This document shows, in pieces, positions 63,388 through 64,000 of a DNA stretch of 64,000 bases; positions within the stretch are counted from its first letter, which is position 1; every line of letters starts with the position of its first letter. The stretch comes from Myxococcota bacterium. GTDB lineage: Bacteria > Myxococcota_A > UBA9042 > PHBI01 > JAWLBL01. The stretch lies in the NCBI GenBank assembly GCA_041687695.1, contig JAWLBL010000022.1:1-64000 (forward strand), in the 5' to 3' direction. The notes under the pieces are model-generated. The model did not search any database. It was not told the DNA's origin and worked only from the letters and a program-made list of their open reading frames with translations. The position numbers and the translations under genes were made by a program.

Positions 63388-64000
63388 ATGCTGAAGCCCT
63401 TCTCGAAGTCAGGCGCCGCCTTCGTCGTGCTCGCCGCGATCGGAGTCGTCTCGGCCGGGGCCTGCGAAGACGCCGGCGGGTCGAACGAGACGTCCGCGCC
63501 CTCGCCGACGCCCGCCGAGGCCTTCTGTCGGGCTCACTTCAGCGCCGCCTGCGAGCGGCTGTTTCGCTGCGACCCCGACGCCGCGGCCCTCATCCCGCAG
63601 GCCGCCACCGCCGCGGCCTGCGCGCAGGCGCACCACGAGCGCGTCTGCGATCGCCTGTCGGCCGACATCGCCGCCGGCGCGGTGCGCGTGGACCTCACCG
63701 GCGCGGACGCCTGCAACGACGACCTCGCGACCGCCAGCTGCGGGACGGCCGCCGAGGAGGTGCGACGGTTCTTAGAGGCCGGCAAGCTCGACGCGTGCCC
63801 GGACGTGCTGGGGGGCGATCGGGCGAAGGGGGCCAGCTGCACGGCGGCGTGGCATTGTCGCGAGCCGTCCAGCAACTGCGTGGCCGTGGCGTCCGGCGCC
63901 GGCGAGTGCACCGGAGCGCTGTCGGGGGACGCGTTCGAGATCGCCTGCTCGGCGACGAGCGCAGGCGCGGGCGCGTGCCCCGGGCTGGTGTGCCTGGGGC
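63388..64000 (+). CDS. Cys-rich lipoprotein, runs off the window end
   Basis: ATG at 63388 (GGAG upstream): MLKPFSKSGAAFVVLAAIGVVSAGAC..., FC....AAC....C; open to 64000. Confidence 0.7.
   Translation, partial: MLKPFSKSGAAFVVLAAIGVVSAGACEDAGGSNETSAPSPTPAEAFCRAHFSAACERLFRCDPDAAALIPQAATAAACAQAHHERVCDRLSADIAAGAVRVDLTGADACNDDLATASCGTAAEEVRRFLEAGKLDACPDVLGGDRAKGASCTAAWHCREPSSNCVAVASGAGECTGALSGDAFEIACSATSAGAGACPGLVCLG

Overview
Very GC-rich bacterial DNA. The gene content (Cys-rich lipoproteins with Myxococcus-type repeats, Ser/Thr kinase-ATPase-TPR, IgGFc-binding-type lipoprotein, fused ccoNO) points to a Myxococcota-like organism; this is an inference. Housekeeping content is a cbb3 oxidase cluster split into two blocks (hemN-ccoS-ccoNO-ccoQ-ccoP and ccoG-ccoH-DsbD2-ccoI-cytochrome c), LysR and MocR regulator pairs, AbgT, a tandem LOG, VOC, NmrA and DoxX. 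Four things stand out. (1) Two DUF222-like HNH endonuclease genes each carry their own DNA motif both inside the CDS and in the flanking DNA. One has a 10-unit ~65-bp array upstream; the other is bracketed by ~300-bp imperfect inverted repeats with paired 16-bp palindromes. (2) Three dispersed cysteine-protease-type proteins (USP/C19, caspase-fold-like, calpain/C2), two with DUF4157, share an N-terminal RxxLxxxxYxExxxAL[ST]P motif. (3) Two translationally coupled pairs of Cys-rich lipoprotein plus ferritin-like diiron protein. (4) A RAYT with its REP arrays. All family calls come from motif recognition by eye; no database search was run.
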